Source of the DNA: a virus
Taxonomy: Duplodnaviria > Caudoviricetes
Virus record (IMG/VR): IMGVR_UViG_3300021376_000266
Span: 1 to 28,631 of that record
Direction: 5' to 3' (one strand)
DNA: 28,631 nt
A model generated the notes under the pieces. That model worked only from the letters and a program-made list of their open reading frames with translations, did no database searches and had not been told where the DNA came from. A program made the position numbers and the translations under genes. Shown piece after piece: positions 10,169 through 22,848 of this stretch (position 1 is its first letter; every line of letters starts with the position of its first letter).

Positions 10169-11750
10169 TTACAGCGTTTCTTGTTTTTCTAATTCTGTGT
10201 AAGTTATTCTTATTTCATACCTGTCATCATCTAAATTCAGATTTTCATCTAACTTAACACTTACAGTCATGTCGATTAAGGGATCGCCTGCTAAAGTTAT
10301 TTTTTGACTAAAACTATCTACATCTATCAATATTTTTTCTGAGCTCACTTCTGATACTTCGCTTCTATCTTGTGAATAGTCTATTGAACTTGCTTTTATT
10401 TTTACACTTCCATCTGAACCGTCATGAGAATGAGTTGGTATATGTATCCCACCTACAGTAGAATTATCGGTCATCATAATATCGCCCGATATTTCTCCCC
10501 CTGTTTTTAGTAGATACTGCGGATGATCGTCCTCTTCTAAATTTGAAAAATATTTATGACTTGATGTTAAGCTTTGTCTTTTTTCTTCACTAATGTAGGA
10601 ATTAGCGAAATATGCATCAAACGAACTATCTGTAGGAATGGTAAAAATTTGATCACTCTTAATTCCGGATTTTTTTTCCATTTGAGCGATATAAGATGAG
10701 TACTTATATTTTTCTCTAATCATTGCCAGAATACCCATCAACCTATTCTCTGTATTAATTTTTCTTTGCTTAAAGTCGGCTAATAAAGATGCAAGATTGC
10801 CATTTACCGTGGAAGAGGCAGTAACTACCTCTTTGGCAAGTAGTGGCGCAGATTTTTTCATGTTGCTCGACAAGAGACCTAATTCCAAAGGATAGACTAC
10901 TAAACTTCTAGATTTTACTGCCGGACTTAAAAAATTCATGTAGTACATTTCACATGTGTCTACTAACTCTCTTTTTAAAAGACCGAAGAAGTTTTTTAAC
11001 TTCTGAATTATACGAATTTACTTTGATCGAAAAAAATGCTTTGAATTGTGCTGCTTGAATTTGGCCGATAGAATCCATTTCGGTCTCTGGAATTGTTGGT
11101 GGGTTTGCGAAGACTTCTTTGGCAAACAGTTGCGTATATTCTTTGTACGATTTTGCCCAGTAAAAAATTTCTTTTGATAAAGTTTGCTCGACTTCATCGT
11201 CATATTCCTCCCCTATTGTTATGTCCATAAATTTAATCAATTGCCTTACTTCTTCTGCTATAGAATTATAAACTGACATTATGTCGTAGTAATATCCGAC
11301 GACTGTTCCAGAAATCAAAATTTCATATTCAGCAATCAATAATCTACAGGCTCGTGTTTTACTTCTGAGACAATAAGAATATTCTTCAAAACTGATGTGA
11401 CTAGGAGCGTCTTTTATTTTTTTTGATAAAACTTGATCACAAACTTCATGATGTGCGTTAATTAAACCTGTTGTTAAATCGGAACGAATATCTACATTTG
11501 ATAGAGTGGTAATTAACTCAGCCAAAAGATTGTTAATTATATTATACGTTGATAGCAGTTCTGATTTAACAGAGACTATTGGAACTTGATCAAAACGAAC
11601 CGAAGATGCTGCACCAGGCAAAATAAAATTAAGATTATCTAAATCTTGTTGATTCCTTATGTTTTCTTCTATCAAAGAATCAACTTCAGGCTTAACGTCG
11701 TAAGTATAAAGATTTGACGAACCCGGCGTATTTGGAGTGTTGATAGACAT
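10169..11750 (-). CDS. Putative virion/tail-associated protein, ~526 aa, one +1 shift at CGG 10985-10983
   Basis: CTT CTT [C] GGT CTT TTA AAA AGA GAG...GAA ATG TAC joins ORFs 10950..11750 and 10169..10948 (KKLLGLLKRELVDTCEMYY). The motifs 'LEEDDHPQYL' and 'HSHDGSDGS' recur in phage tail proteins. Confidence 0.65.
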
Positions 11751-11761
11751 ATTAATTTTCC

Positions 11762-13628
11762 TTAAAACATATTTCTTTTAACAGTTTTAGTTGTTTTTTT
11801 TCTAAATCCGAACTTTCATTTTATCATACTTTAATTTATCAACTCTACTTGTCGGACCTTTTTCTCCTGAATCATTTCCCGAATTAATAAATTGTTGCTG
11901 AGGAATGAAGAAGGTATTTGAGACAGTTTCTATGTTTGTGGCAGCACGTGTTTTACTAAATTCTCCATAATTTTCTGCGACCGCCAAAAGCGCCAGAAGA
12001 AGAGCGTCGTGTGCGTGGTCTACGGCAGAACCAGAAGCTTCAAAAACAGGTCTACCAGTTTGAGTGGTTCTTACTACCACATAAGATATTAGTTGCATGT
12101 ACATTTCATCATCTGTTGACGGAATACAAAGTTGACCTCTTTCCAGGTATTGTCTAAGATTATCAACCATGTAGGGTTTTAATTCTTTTTTAATCATTAA
12201 TTTAGTATACGGATCTCTAACGTCGATTGTTTCCGCAAAGCTTAGTCCCTTAACTTTTTCTCTTAGTCTTGTGTGAGGATTTTCTACTCCGTGTTTATGT
12301 AAAAGCTCTACTTGAACTTCTCCGAATCCTCTGTCTACATAAATATGTTTTGGATTAAGCGACGCATTTAGCTCTATTACTCTGTCGACCGCTTTGGTTA
12401 AAGTATATTCTGATTTTTCTATTTCTTCTCTGTGAGAAATTCTTACTTTATCCCTAAAATCATTTTGCTCATAGTTGTTAGAACATACCTCTAAAACGAC
12501 TATGTTGGTTCCTGCCCCGTATTTATCCCAGTCTATTCCCATGACATGAAAACTTCTTGCAGAATTTATTTCCGGTATGTAGGACCATCCATCGTTTGCA
12601 AAAGCTTCATCCACAAATTTTCTGGGATATACACCCTCTGAATCTTCGCCCCAGTCTGCTTCTATTTCATGTCGATATCCCATTGCAGAATATTGTTCTC
12701 TAAATTCTTCTTCTTGCTCCTTTGAAAAAAATGGATTTGCATATGAAGGAAACCAAAACTCTTTAAATCTTGCATTTCTGCACCACTCCCAAAATTTTTC
12801 TCTTCTGCCAGTAGGAGTAGAAGCTCCTATCAAAACTTTGTCAGGCTGATCTTCTGCAGTTTTTTGAAGCATTGCGTAAAGGGCGTCAAGATCATCGTTA
12901 TGCATGTAGTCCATTTCGTCAAGAACTATAACGTGAGCTTCCTGACCACGAGCAACGTCAGACTTGCCTCCTGATCTCATTCCGGAGGTAAAGAACCTGA
13001 TAGTCGAACCATTCGAAAACTGTATCATGAATTGTGGACTTGTTACTTTTCTAGTTATAGAATTAAAGACTATATCATTTTTTGATGCTAATCTAACAAT
13101 TTCTTGATATATCAATTCAACATGAGATTTCATGGGAGCAACGACTAGACATCTTCCGTCTTTGTGTGTGTAACTGTAATGCAATAAGTAAACGGCCATA
13201 GTAAAAGTTTTACCCAAACGTCTTCCTGCTCTAAGAACTTTTCTTAAAGAAGGATCTCTTAACATCAACGTTTGATACACTCTTGTTTCAATGTCCAAAA
13301 AATGCCTAGCCCACAAACAGGGATCCTTAGCTATATGAATTTGTTTTTGTTGCTCAGCCGACAAACCCGCACTCAGCAAGTTCGAATCTACTTCAAAAGG
13401 TTCGTCAACTAAGAGGGAAAGTTCCTTGTTTGTCAAAGGTCTAGATTCGACTTGTGTTCCGTCTGCCCACGTCAAGTGTGACAACTTATTTTCAAAAACC
13501 CATTCTATTCTGTTTATCTGTTTGATCGTTTCAAAGTCTTGAGATCTTATTATTTCGAGCAAATCTTCTTTTGAAAGAGATTCAAGTTTTTGTCTGAATT
13601 GTTTTGTTTTTTGTTTTAAGCTAGTCAT
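11762..13628 (-). CDS. terL: Terminase large subunit (608 aa unshifted; ~621 aa with a +1 shift at CGG 11810-11808)
   Basis: Walker A 'GRRLGKT', Walker B 'IVLDE', 'ASTP' motif, nuclease 'GIDW' and 'DHAHDAL'. The shifted end V[G]FRKKTTKTVKRNMF* stops at TAA 11762, which overlaps the SD (TAAGGA) of the next gene. Confidence 0.93.
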
Positions 13629-13631
13629 AAT

Positions 13632-15923
13632 TTAACCAAAGTGCGCGGCGAGCATTCCGCCTTCGGACCCCAATGCGCTTCTTGCGTTTAGTCTTGAGTT
13701 TTGTATTGCCATCACTCCTCTTGCTCTTGAGGTTGCCGCTACTTCATTGTCTACATATCCCATTCCAAATGCTGGTTTATTAATTGTTCCTTGCATTGAT
13801 TTCATGGCGTCTCGGGCGAGTTTAGCTCCTCCACCTATTACTTTTGTCGCTACCAATTTTGTTATATCATACACCGCTTGTGCGGTCAATATTGGATTAG
13901 CTATACTCATGGCTGGTACGGCATATCTTGCTAAAGCTAGTTTTGCTCCTTGTTTTGTAGCTAAAGCTTGAAATCCACCTTTTGCTCCATACATCTTAAA
14001 AAGATTTGCTCCGGCCTCTTTCTAATGCCTCATGAGCAACTTCTTTTCCAGCGACTCTTCCAGCAGTCATTTCTGCTATTTCTCTAGTCACAGGCTTTAA
14101 TGCACCAGTGCCAGTAGCTAACCTGCTGTTTGTTGCCATCGCTCCTCCGGCTCGATCTAATGATATCGTAAATATGTCATCAGCGGTGGTTCGAGCCATC
14201 ACCTTCATTGCCGCATCGTCGGCGGCATCTACGCCAAGCCTACGAAGAGTTCTGTCTGATGGATCAAATTGTCTCAAAATTTCTTGTTCTGTAAGAAGAG
14301 CTCTTCTTCCTGCGCCGCCGCCTCGATTAGCAAAACTTCCGCACCTTGGTAATATCGTCTGCACCAACTTTTGCTATATCATCAAGTAGTTCTCTTCCAG
14401 TTGTTTGGAAAGTCGCACTTCCTGCTCGCATATCAGCTACTTTTCCGGCACGTGTAGCAAATCCGGATCTAGTTGCGGTCCCTCTGCCTTCCATTATCTC
14501 CATGAGCATTTGCATGTCTCTTTGCGCCGATTGAGCTCCAGCCAAAGCTTGACCAGTTAATCCTCCCGCCCTACCATAACCTGTGGCTCCCTGTATGTAG
14601 CCGTGCATTCTTTGTGTTAACTGTCCTCTATGTTGCGATGCAAGAACGTTTGCGCTGTAGCCCGGTGATTGAGATCCATACAAGCTAGATCCTACAGAAT
14701 TATTCAATGATATTCTATTGCCACTCAATTCATCAACAGCTTCAAATCCTCCTCCTGCAGTCTTAGAAAGGTTGACAATTCTCTTGCTCGCATCATCTAC
14801 TCCCTCCATAAAATATGCTTCTTTGGCCAATCCAGGACCACCCACCCTATGAGTTGCTGGACTTCCAAAATGAAGTGCCGTCGTAGCCTTTTTACCTGTA
14901 GTCGTTCTGGCATTTACCTGTGCCGCTTGCAGTTCTCTAAGGGTAATTTGTTTTGTATTAAAAGGGTCTACTCCGGGATTGTTAAAACGCGCAGCGTCTA
15001 TTGAATATTGTTGTGCTTGTGCAAGTCTTTTACTTAATTTTGTTACATCTTTTCCTGCCGCTTGTCTGGCCGCTATTTTCTTTTCTAGAATCGTTTGTTT
15101 ATTGCCAGCTCTAAGTTGAGCAAAAAATCCACCACTCATTATCTCAAGATCATCTCCAGCTGCTCTATGTCTGAGCATGCCTTGCACTTGTTCTGCGGTT
15201 CGACCTCCCTCTGCTAATAAACCCCTTCCAACAGTACCATTAATGTTAGCCGACATAGCTGCACGATATGCCCTGGCTTCACCCATTACCGTTTTACCAA
15301 TATTAGAATGTTGTACAAATCCACCAATAGTTCTTGCCATTGATCCAATTGGGGAATACATGCCAGGAGCTTGAATCATTGCAGAATTAGAATGCATTCT
15401 AAACATTGACCTTGGATCAAGGTGATTAACTAATCTAGGTCTTGATTTTGGCATCGGTATGCCGCCATCGGCACCTTTAGCCAAACCTCTCATTATGTCT
15501 TCGGCATTATCAAGTTGCGCTAAACCAGTCCCGCTACTAAAAGCATGTCCAACAGATAAGTCAGCTTTTTTTCTTCTTGATCCCAAGGTTTGGAAAAATC
15601 CACCAAAAACTGAAGAGCCCGGACTGAATCGGCCACCAACCATGTCAGCATATCTAGTTCCTGTTAATCTTCTAGTCGAACCAGATCCTGTAAATCTTCT
15701 TAGGGTATCATTTCTTCTAAAAAAGGCTCCGGTGGTTCTATTGGTGTCTAGAAAACCACCCTTCATTATGGTGTTTGAACCTCTCATCGCATTGAAGCCC
15801 ATAAAGGCTTGGATAGAAGTTGGAGCCGTAAACTCCTGATATACACCAAAAGGACTAGAACCTTGTTCTACTTCTGCTGCATCACCGTATCTAGCTTCAC
15901 CGTGTCATTGGATCAATTGGCAT
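13632..15923 (-). CDS. Gly/Ala/Arg-rich putative internal virion protein, ~762 aa, three +1 shifts (CGG at 15902, 14341, 14013)
   Basis: MPIDPMT[G]EARYG...AFMGFNAMRG...DDITKV[G]SFANRGGG...ALERG[G]ANLFKMYGAKGG...MLAAHFG joins three track ORFs plus an unlisted 5' piece. Function is inferred from composition and location. Confidence 0.7.
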
Positions 15924-15925
15924 TT

Positions 15926-16734
15926 TTAATATCCTCTTCTAGAGTTTTGCATTCCGTAAAACCATTTCACCCGAAGCACCAAGTCTTCTTCTTATCGACG
16001 GAGTATCATTTATATTTTGACCTTGCATTCTTCTTCTTTGATCAACATATGGACTGTCTTGCATTCTTCGAGCTGCTCCATCAAAACTTTTTTTAGCCAT
16101 ATATAATCCACCAGCAGCAACCCCTGCAGCAGTCAGACTAAGTGCGCCACCCATTTTCATGCTGCTTCTGCCTAAAGAACCGATAATTCTTGATGCACCG
16201 GTATTTATCGGTCTATTGAGAAATCTGTCTTTGATTTTGTCTAAACCTTTTGATACTCCGAATCGCACCAAAACCTCCTGCCGCCAAAGAAATACCTCCA
16301 GCAGTTGCGGCAATTCCGCCAACCCCAGTCATGAAAGCGGCTTTAGCTCTACCTCCAGCACCCAAAGGGGAAAGTGCTCTACCTGCCGATGCAACCGGTC
16401 CACCAACCATTTGAGAAGCATAAAAACCAGGACCAAAATCTTGTCCAGTAAATTTTCTGTCCGCTTCCGGATCATCAAAAGCCACATCTTGAGCAGCGTC
16501 AAAAATAGACTTTGTACCTGCGACCAATCCAGCTACTGCTGCGCCACCAATAAGTAGGCCCATTCCAGCTTTTTTAACACCAGGAGCATTGGATACGGCT
16601 CGACCAACCGCACCCATGCGACCAGCAAATCTTCCAACCCTATTACCCAAAGGTACTCGTGGGCCGAAAGCAGGGCCCATACGACGCGATATGAAATTTG
16701 CTGCCCTACCCGCCATTTGTCTTATTGCTGGCAT
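15926..16734 (-). CDS. Gly/Ala-rich protein with hydrophobic segments, ~268 aa, two +1 shifts (CGG at 16260, 15956)
   Basis: MPAIRQMAG...GGFGAI[G]VSKGLDK...ASGEMVL[G]MQNSRRGY*. The stop at 15926 is 2 nt from the next ATG at 15923. Confidence 0.7.
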
Positions 16735-16750
16735 AACATTTCTCCGTAAT

Positions 16751-19700
16751 TTAACTAAATAGATAATCATATTTATTTGGACCCATTGCAGTATGATTAA
16801 TTTTTCTTCTATCCAAATTTCCAACTACTCCAGCGGTTGAAAGAGGATCTTGTATTCTTGAGTACGGCGACATTGAGGATTCCTCCATCATCAAATCCTG
16901 CCTTGGAGCCATCGCTGGCATCATGGGCTGTTCTTCCATCGTTTCGTCGTATTCTTGTCTTTTACTTATTTTCTTGTAACCATAGTAACCAACACCAACG
17001 GCAGTTAGTGCCGCCAAACCAATTGCCACCGGTTTTTTATATCTTTGATATGCTCTTAAAGTAGAGCCAAATCTATCATTAAATGTTCTTCCAATTCTTA
17101 AATTATCCATTTCTTGACTTATATCAGAAGCAATACCTCTTTCATCTACTGCATCACTTAAAGCATTGGCTACCGTTACTGCTTGTGAGTCTCTTGCGGC
17201 ATTTTCTGTTGCAACTTCTAATGCGTCTCTTGCTGCTCCTGTGGCGTCCGTTGCCAAATCTGATCTTTCGAAAGGTGAAAGTATTGCTCCTTCGTCACCT
17301 ATGTTGATCACCCTTGCCGTTCTGTTGCCTAATAGCGTGTCCATTTCTGGAGTAACACTGACTTGTCTAACTGCATCTTCTATTCCCCTTGCGGGATCAC
17401 CGCTTATTGTCCCAATGGAAACTCCGTTGACTTTTTAATGTTTCAACCAGTTGCGTTCTTGCGTGACTTTCGGAATCATCAGGATCAAAAGGCGCATCTA
17501 TCCCGGCTAAAAAAGATCTTGTTTCTTCTAAACTCTCCTGCATGTGTCGTACTTCTTCTGGATCTATATCTACTAAATCATCCGAATCAAGCAATCTGGA
17601 ATCAAGACTGGTAACTTCTTCTCTTGCGGCTTGCACTAGGGAGTCTGCGAGTATTCGTGCTTCTTCGGTAGTTGTTCCTTCTCCGGCCATATAAATATTG
17701 AACATTTCTCCATGTTCACCAGTAACTTTAGAAAGCCTGGCCCTATTGAGGGATCCTGCAGTCACATTAGCTGTTTGGTCTACGCTAACTGCTCCACCTA
17801 TCGGAATCAAAGTGTTTGTAGCATCTACTGCATCTTGTTGAACCAAACGAACTCCTGGTTGTGTTCTTGCAAGATCGAAAAGATTCCCTTCTGCAAGTTC
17901 GCCTGCTTGATTTCTATATCTTACCCTCATTCTTTGTGTCATCGTATTTGTTGCTAAAATTTTAGATTGAGTAATAGATCTTCCAACAGAACCAGTTCCC
18001 ATACTGGTATCAGATCTACTCATAAATCTTGCCATTGTATTTGGTTGAAAATAGCTCATTCCCAATTCTGAAAGAATTCCTGAATGTTTAACAAACCTAA
18101 AAGGATCGGGACCTGCTGCACCACTTAAAGATATTGCTCTTTTTGAACCAATTGCCATACCTTGTCTTGCAGTAGATTTTGATATTTCCAAGTTAAGAGC
18201 TTTAGTAGCCAGATCCTGTGAAGCATACGGGCTTCCTATACCTGCTGCTACTCTTGCCAATCTTTCTATTCCTCCGGACTCACTAGTTCTCCTGATCAAC
18301 TCGCCATACCCAGCATCGGGTAGGTGTCTTCCATCTCTTAAGAGCTCTTGTCGCAAAGATGCTTCTCTTGGAAGTTCTCTAGTTAAAGCAGTCATCGTTT
18401 GAATCAAAGAAGCGTCGTCTATTTCTGACAATGTCTCTTGCATCGTATCGCTAGAAAACATTGGCCTGGCGATTCCTGCATTGTTTAACCCAAGGTGATC
18501 AGTTAAAACTATTCCTTCGGCTCCACCATACGAAAAATTTCTCAAAAGTCTAGACTGTTCCAAAACAGACAAATCACCGTACGTCAAACCGGATCTTATC
18601 TGTCTGGAAAGATACGGATTACTTGTCCCGGATATTCCTGCTCCGGAAGTTTTGAGTTACGTTATAAGTTGGATCAATAGATCTTTGAATATTTTCTCTA
18701 ACATAATCTCTTGCTTGTGGCATGTCGACAGTTCTTCTGTATGTTTCCAAAGTATCTGCCCTAGATGTTAAAAACGCTCTTTCTGTTGATTGAAATTCGT
18801 AAGATCTAGTTTCCGGGTTGAATGATATTCTTCCGTTTAAATTTTGTATTTCATTTGCTTTTGCAGTTATTTGCTGTGCAGTTATTGGACTAACTGGCAA
18901 ACCGAGATCTGCATCTTCCTGCATTTGAGTTTGAATTATTTCTTCTGCTATCGACCTTATCTCCGGTCTAGTATACAGTGAAGTTAATTCTGCCCTAACA
19001 ATTGATCTTTGTAAGCCGACATCGGATGTGATGAAATCTAATCCTGCAGTAGTTATGTATTTCATCGATACATCAGTAGTCAAAGTTGGTGCGCTAGATT
19101 TTACTATTGCATCTCTAGCAAAGTTTATGAAATTTCTTCTGTTTGTAGGAAGATGATCTAAATTTTCCGGAGAAAAATCAAGTTGTCCGAGTTTGAACAT
19201 ACTTTGCATAAAAACCCGACAAATAGGCGTCAGTTTCTGCAATGTGAGATCCCTGACTTATCATTTGCATTACTCTTCTCGCAGCGTTTTGATCTGGCCC
19301 TCCGTCAACTGCTTCTTCATGTATAAGTTGGAATATATTGCTTATTGCAGCCAAGTTGTCCATGGATTGAGGAGTAAATCTTCCCCCTATGGTCATCTGC
19401 TCAAATAATTCTCTTGATGCAAAAAAACCTGACTTATTATACAATAGATTAACAACCGCACTTCTTACATCTTCCGGCATTGCATCCATGCCTGAGTACA
19501 GTGCTGATCCGGTTATCAAACAACGCAATTCCTCCCGACTGTAGATATCTTGCTTGTTCGGAAGAAGGATCAAGTATTGCTTGTGCAACAAATCCTTGCA
19601 TTCTTTCTTGTATTTTTCTTCCGCATGTACACTCTACCTGAAAAATCTACGTCAACTATAAAATGAGGATCGTTGGTAATTCTTTCAGAAAATGCTGTAA

Positions 19701-20775
19701 GCGCTTGTTTCAAATTTTGATCAGTTTCAAAACCTGGCATTGACCTTGCAGTGGTCATTAATTGTTCGACGTCGAATCTTGCATTTTTGAACGCAATTGC
19801 ATCATACGACAAATAATCTGTCAGCTCTTGAGCTAACCTGGTTCTTGCCTGTTCTGGATTAACGACAACATCTATTATATCTGCTGCTGCACCTGCAGGA
19901 ATTTCTTGCCCAGGAAGACCCTGACCTAGAGAAACTACTTCGCCAGTAGTTGGAATTCTTATTAGCCCCCCTTCCATTCCTGGTTGCCTAAAAAATACCC
20001 TACTTCTGGTATCACCAATATTTATTCCGCCGTTATCTCTTACCGTGATACCTGTAGATGATAGAGATCTTATTCTAGACAATGCCCCCAAACCAGTTGT
20101 TTCAGAGTCTATCATTAGCATACGTTTTACCGAACCTGCTGCGGGCCTGATACCCATTGGGTCGTAAGTTCCGATCAGGCCTTAATTGTGCCATTCCAGA
20201 AACAAGCTGATTAAAAGTCATTGGCGATGATGCGGACGCAATCATTGAATCAATTAAGCTTTTAGCTGGATCTATATTAAAATGTCTGGCATTCATTAAT
20301 GCCATTGCTGGATGAACTTCCGGACTACTTAAATCAACGTCATACTTCATATGCGCTGCATACAAGTTTGCAGATGGAAGAGCAATTCCCGGCATTCCAA
20401 ACCTTTGCATTACGTTTTGTAAACCAACAATTTCTTGGTTGTACAATTCTTTCAATCTTTTAGACACTTTGTAGTTTAAAAGACCAAAATCTATAGATTC
20501 TCCGTTGTAACGCTGATTTAAGTCTTGCCGGATCAGGATTATATATTAAATTTTGTGGATCTCGTAAAGCAGTTGTGTATATTTGTTGAAAATTTTGGTA
20601 TTTCTGCATAAACTGCTGTTGAGTACCAAAAAGCCTTTCTATTTCTGCGGCACTGCCCCTTATTCTATTCGATACTGCAGTAGATGGTGCAAGAGCACCG
20701 CCGTGCACCTCTCACACCTCTGAATTGTTCAATTAGATTTTTTTTTGTGTTGTGTGTTATTCTATTTCTCGGCAT
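16751..20775 (-). CDS. ~1338-aa protein with a DEDDh 3'-5' exonuclease-like domain and a C-terminal hydrophobic helix; eight +1 shifts (CGG at 20703, 20504, 20173, 19623, 19511, 19189, 18645, 17426)
   Basis: ATG 20775 (SD GAGGA). Removing eight bases gives 4017 nt in one open frame. ExoI 'IDSETTG', ExoII 'NARFD' and ExoIII 'HIAETD' are present; TM-like 'VAIGLAALTAVGVGYYGY' lies near the end. Confidence 0.78.
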
Positions 20776-21493
20776 TGGGTAGTTCCTCTTGCTCAGATTC
20801 TTCAATATATGAATCGATATCAATCACTCCCAATTTTTTCTTCAAAAGTTTTTCTCTTTCTAACTCTATTGATTGCACTTTATCTATTATATCCGATATA
20901 GCTTGAGCTGTATCTAGTTGCGATTGGCCAGCTTTAGCTCTCGCCTCTCGTGTTGCTAAAAGTTGGTTTCTAAGATCTTTTCTTCTTTTATGAAGCCTGT
21001 CTTCTAGCTCTACTGCAAGATGTAATTCTTTTCTCAATATAGGTTCTCCGGTATTTGAATCTATTCCTATGATGTTTTCTTGTACAAAATGTTCTTTAGC
21101 TAAAAGTTTTGTTTTTCTCATATATTGTATTTCTTGATCTACCAAATCTCGAACCATCGAAACTTCAACGAGATTATCCGGACTTACTTCTAGCTGATCC
21201 ATATACTCGTATGTAAACTGAGAAACCATTGACATTTCAATTGGACAAGGATCGCCTTTGGGAGCAAGTGACTCTTTGTGTAATGGACAGGTAGAAGCAA
21301 AGATGCATCTTTCGGCTTCGCATCGCATTGGTATAGATGCAAACATAGATGTTCTTGTTTTTTGCGGTCTAATTAAATCAGATACTTTTTCTTTTTGTTC
21401 ATCAGTCCATTCTTGCGGAAAAAATAAATCTGGTCTCAAAGATTCAAAGTTTTTCATAAAAGCTTTTTTGTCGCTTTTTTCTATATTAGCCAT
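20762..21493 (-). CDS. Cys-cluster plus coiled-coil protein (possible small terminase; unproven)
   Basis: 'CEAERCIFASTCP...CPIE' cluster followed by a long charged helix; overlaps both neighbours. Confidence 0.6.
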   Translation of the reverse strand: MANIEKSDKKAFMKNFESLRPDLFFPQEWTDEQKEKVSDLIRPQKTRTSMFASIPMRCEAERCIFASTCPLHKESLAPKGDPCPIEMSMVSQFTYEYMDQLEVSPDNLVEVSMVRDLVDQEIQYMRKTKLLAKEHFVQENIIGIDSNTGEPILRKELHLAVELEDRLHKRRKDLRNQLLATREARAKAGQSQLDTAQAISDIIDKVQSIELEREKLLKKKLGVIDIDSYIEESEQEELPNAEK

Positions 21494-21668
21494 TGAAATC
21501 AACCCAATCTACAGATCTCATTTCTCCGTTGACATATTTTTCTGTTTTTGAACATTTACATTTTGTACAGTAAAAATCCCTTGTTTCACAAAGCATAAGC
21601 GTTTCTTTGGGGAAAGAAACATTTTCAGAAATAAAAATCATTTTTGACTCACACCTCTCACAGTTCAC
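21486..21668 (-). CDS. Zinc-ribbon small protein
   Basis: CERC and CTKC pairs in 60 aa. Confidence 0.7.
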   Translation of the reverse strand: MNCERCESKMIFISENVSFPKETLMLCETRDFYCTKCKCSKTEKYVNGEMRSVDWVDFNG

Positions 21669-21669
21669 A

Positions 21670-22095
21670 TCAAGATAAATCGCTTATTGCTTGCTGCAAA
21701 CTTCTTTGGAGTTTGTCTGCTAGTTCGGCGCTCAATCCAGCGTTTGTAAAAACTCCTATTTCTCTCATTGAATCAGGAGACAAAAAGGAACTGGTTACAT
21801 ATCTGGCACCTTTGCAGATCTCGCAATATGAATCTTTTTCATAGGAGCTACAAGTACACTTTTCTATGATGCCAAAAAATTCTAAAGCTTCTGCAACGTC
21901 AAACCATTTGTCTTTAAACAATTTTTTTGTCTGCTCTTTGTATGCTCTTAATTTTTGTTGGTCACTAGATAAAAGCGTTCCCATGTCTAATGATTGTTTC
22001 ATTAAACTGTTTATTGTTTTATACAAAAAATTTGCTAATTCAAAATCTCCGTTTTTATTTAAATACATTTTCCAATCACTCATATCATTTTTCAC
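21670..22095 (-). CDS. Hypothetical protein with a CxC...CxxCxG zinc site
   Basis: 'CTCSSYEKDSYCEICKG'; tight packing with neighbours. Confidence 0.7.
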   Translation of the reverse strand: MKNDMSDWKMYLNKNGDFELANFLYKTINSLMKQSLDMGTLLSSDQQKLRAYKEQTKKLFKDKWFDVAEALEFFGIIEKCTCSSYEKDSYCEICKGARYVTSSFLSPDSMREIGVFTNAGLSAELADKLQRSLQQAISDLS

Positions 22096-22106
22096 TTTCT
22101 GTTGTT

Positions 22107-22830
22107 TTATGCGTTTCTTCCCAATCCTCTCGGTGTCTGTATTGGGTTAACTCCTTCTCTTCTCATTGCCGCAGATGGACCTGCATAAGTTCTGTTGTAT
22201 GCTGCTGTGCTGCTTGTTGTAACGGCAGAAGCAACGCCCATTCCTGTTGCAAGGCCGGCATACCCCATCATTCTTCTGTTTCTGTTTCTTATCGTTTGCA
22301 GTGCCGCTTTGTTTGACATAAATTGGCCAGCTGTGCCGCCGCGATGTGCTCCAGTTGTTGAAAAACCCCTTCTTGGCTCATACCCTTGTATTCTATATCT
22401 CACACCATTGCCAGCATTTGCTGGATCAATGTTAATTCTCATTCTCGGACTAACTGGATTATCAAAATCTCCCAATATAAGACCCCTAGGATTCCCCCCG
22501 ATTCCACCAACTTGAGGATTCAATGGCCCTCCAGCAATCGCATGTGTCCTTGTACGAAAAGCTTCCGAGGTAGTATATACACCCTGCCCCATATCTCCAG
22601 CCCTACCTAAACCTCTTCCTCTAAATTCCATAACTCGTTTGGCTGCTTTTAGTCCTCTGCTTCTAAGGCCACCAGGTTGTCCTGACATAAGAAAATTTCT
22701 TGCACGTTCGCCAAGCGGACCCATTTTCCTTCGACCGTTCAAAATCGGAGAGACCACGGTCGTTAAGATATTTTGTGGTTGCAGTATTAATTACTGAACC
22801 AAAATAACCTAATGGATTTCCTCTTGGCAT
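22107..22830 (-). CDS. Basic Gly/Arg-rich protein, ~240 aa, one +1 shift at CGG 22737-22735
   Basis: ATG 22830 gives MPRGNPLGYFGSVINTATTKYLNDRGLSDFE[G]RRKMGPLGER, which continues into ORF 22107..22757. Confidence 0.68.
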
Positions 22831-22848
22831 CGGCAACAATCTCCGTTT

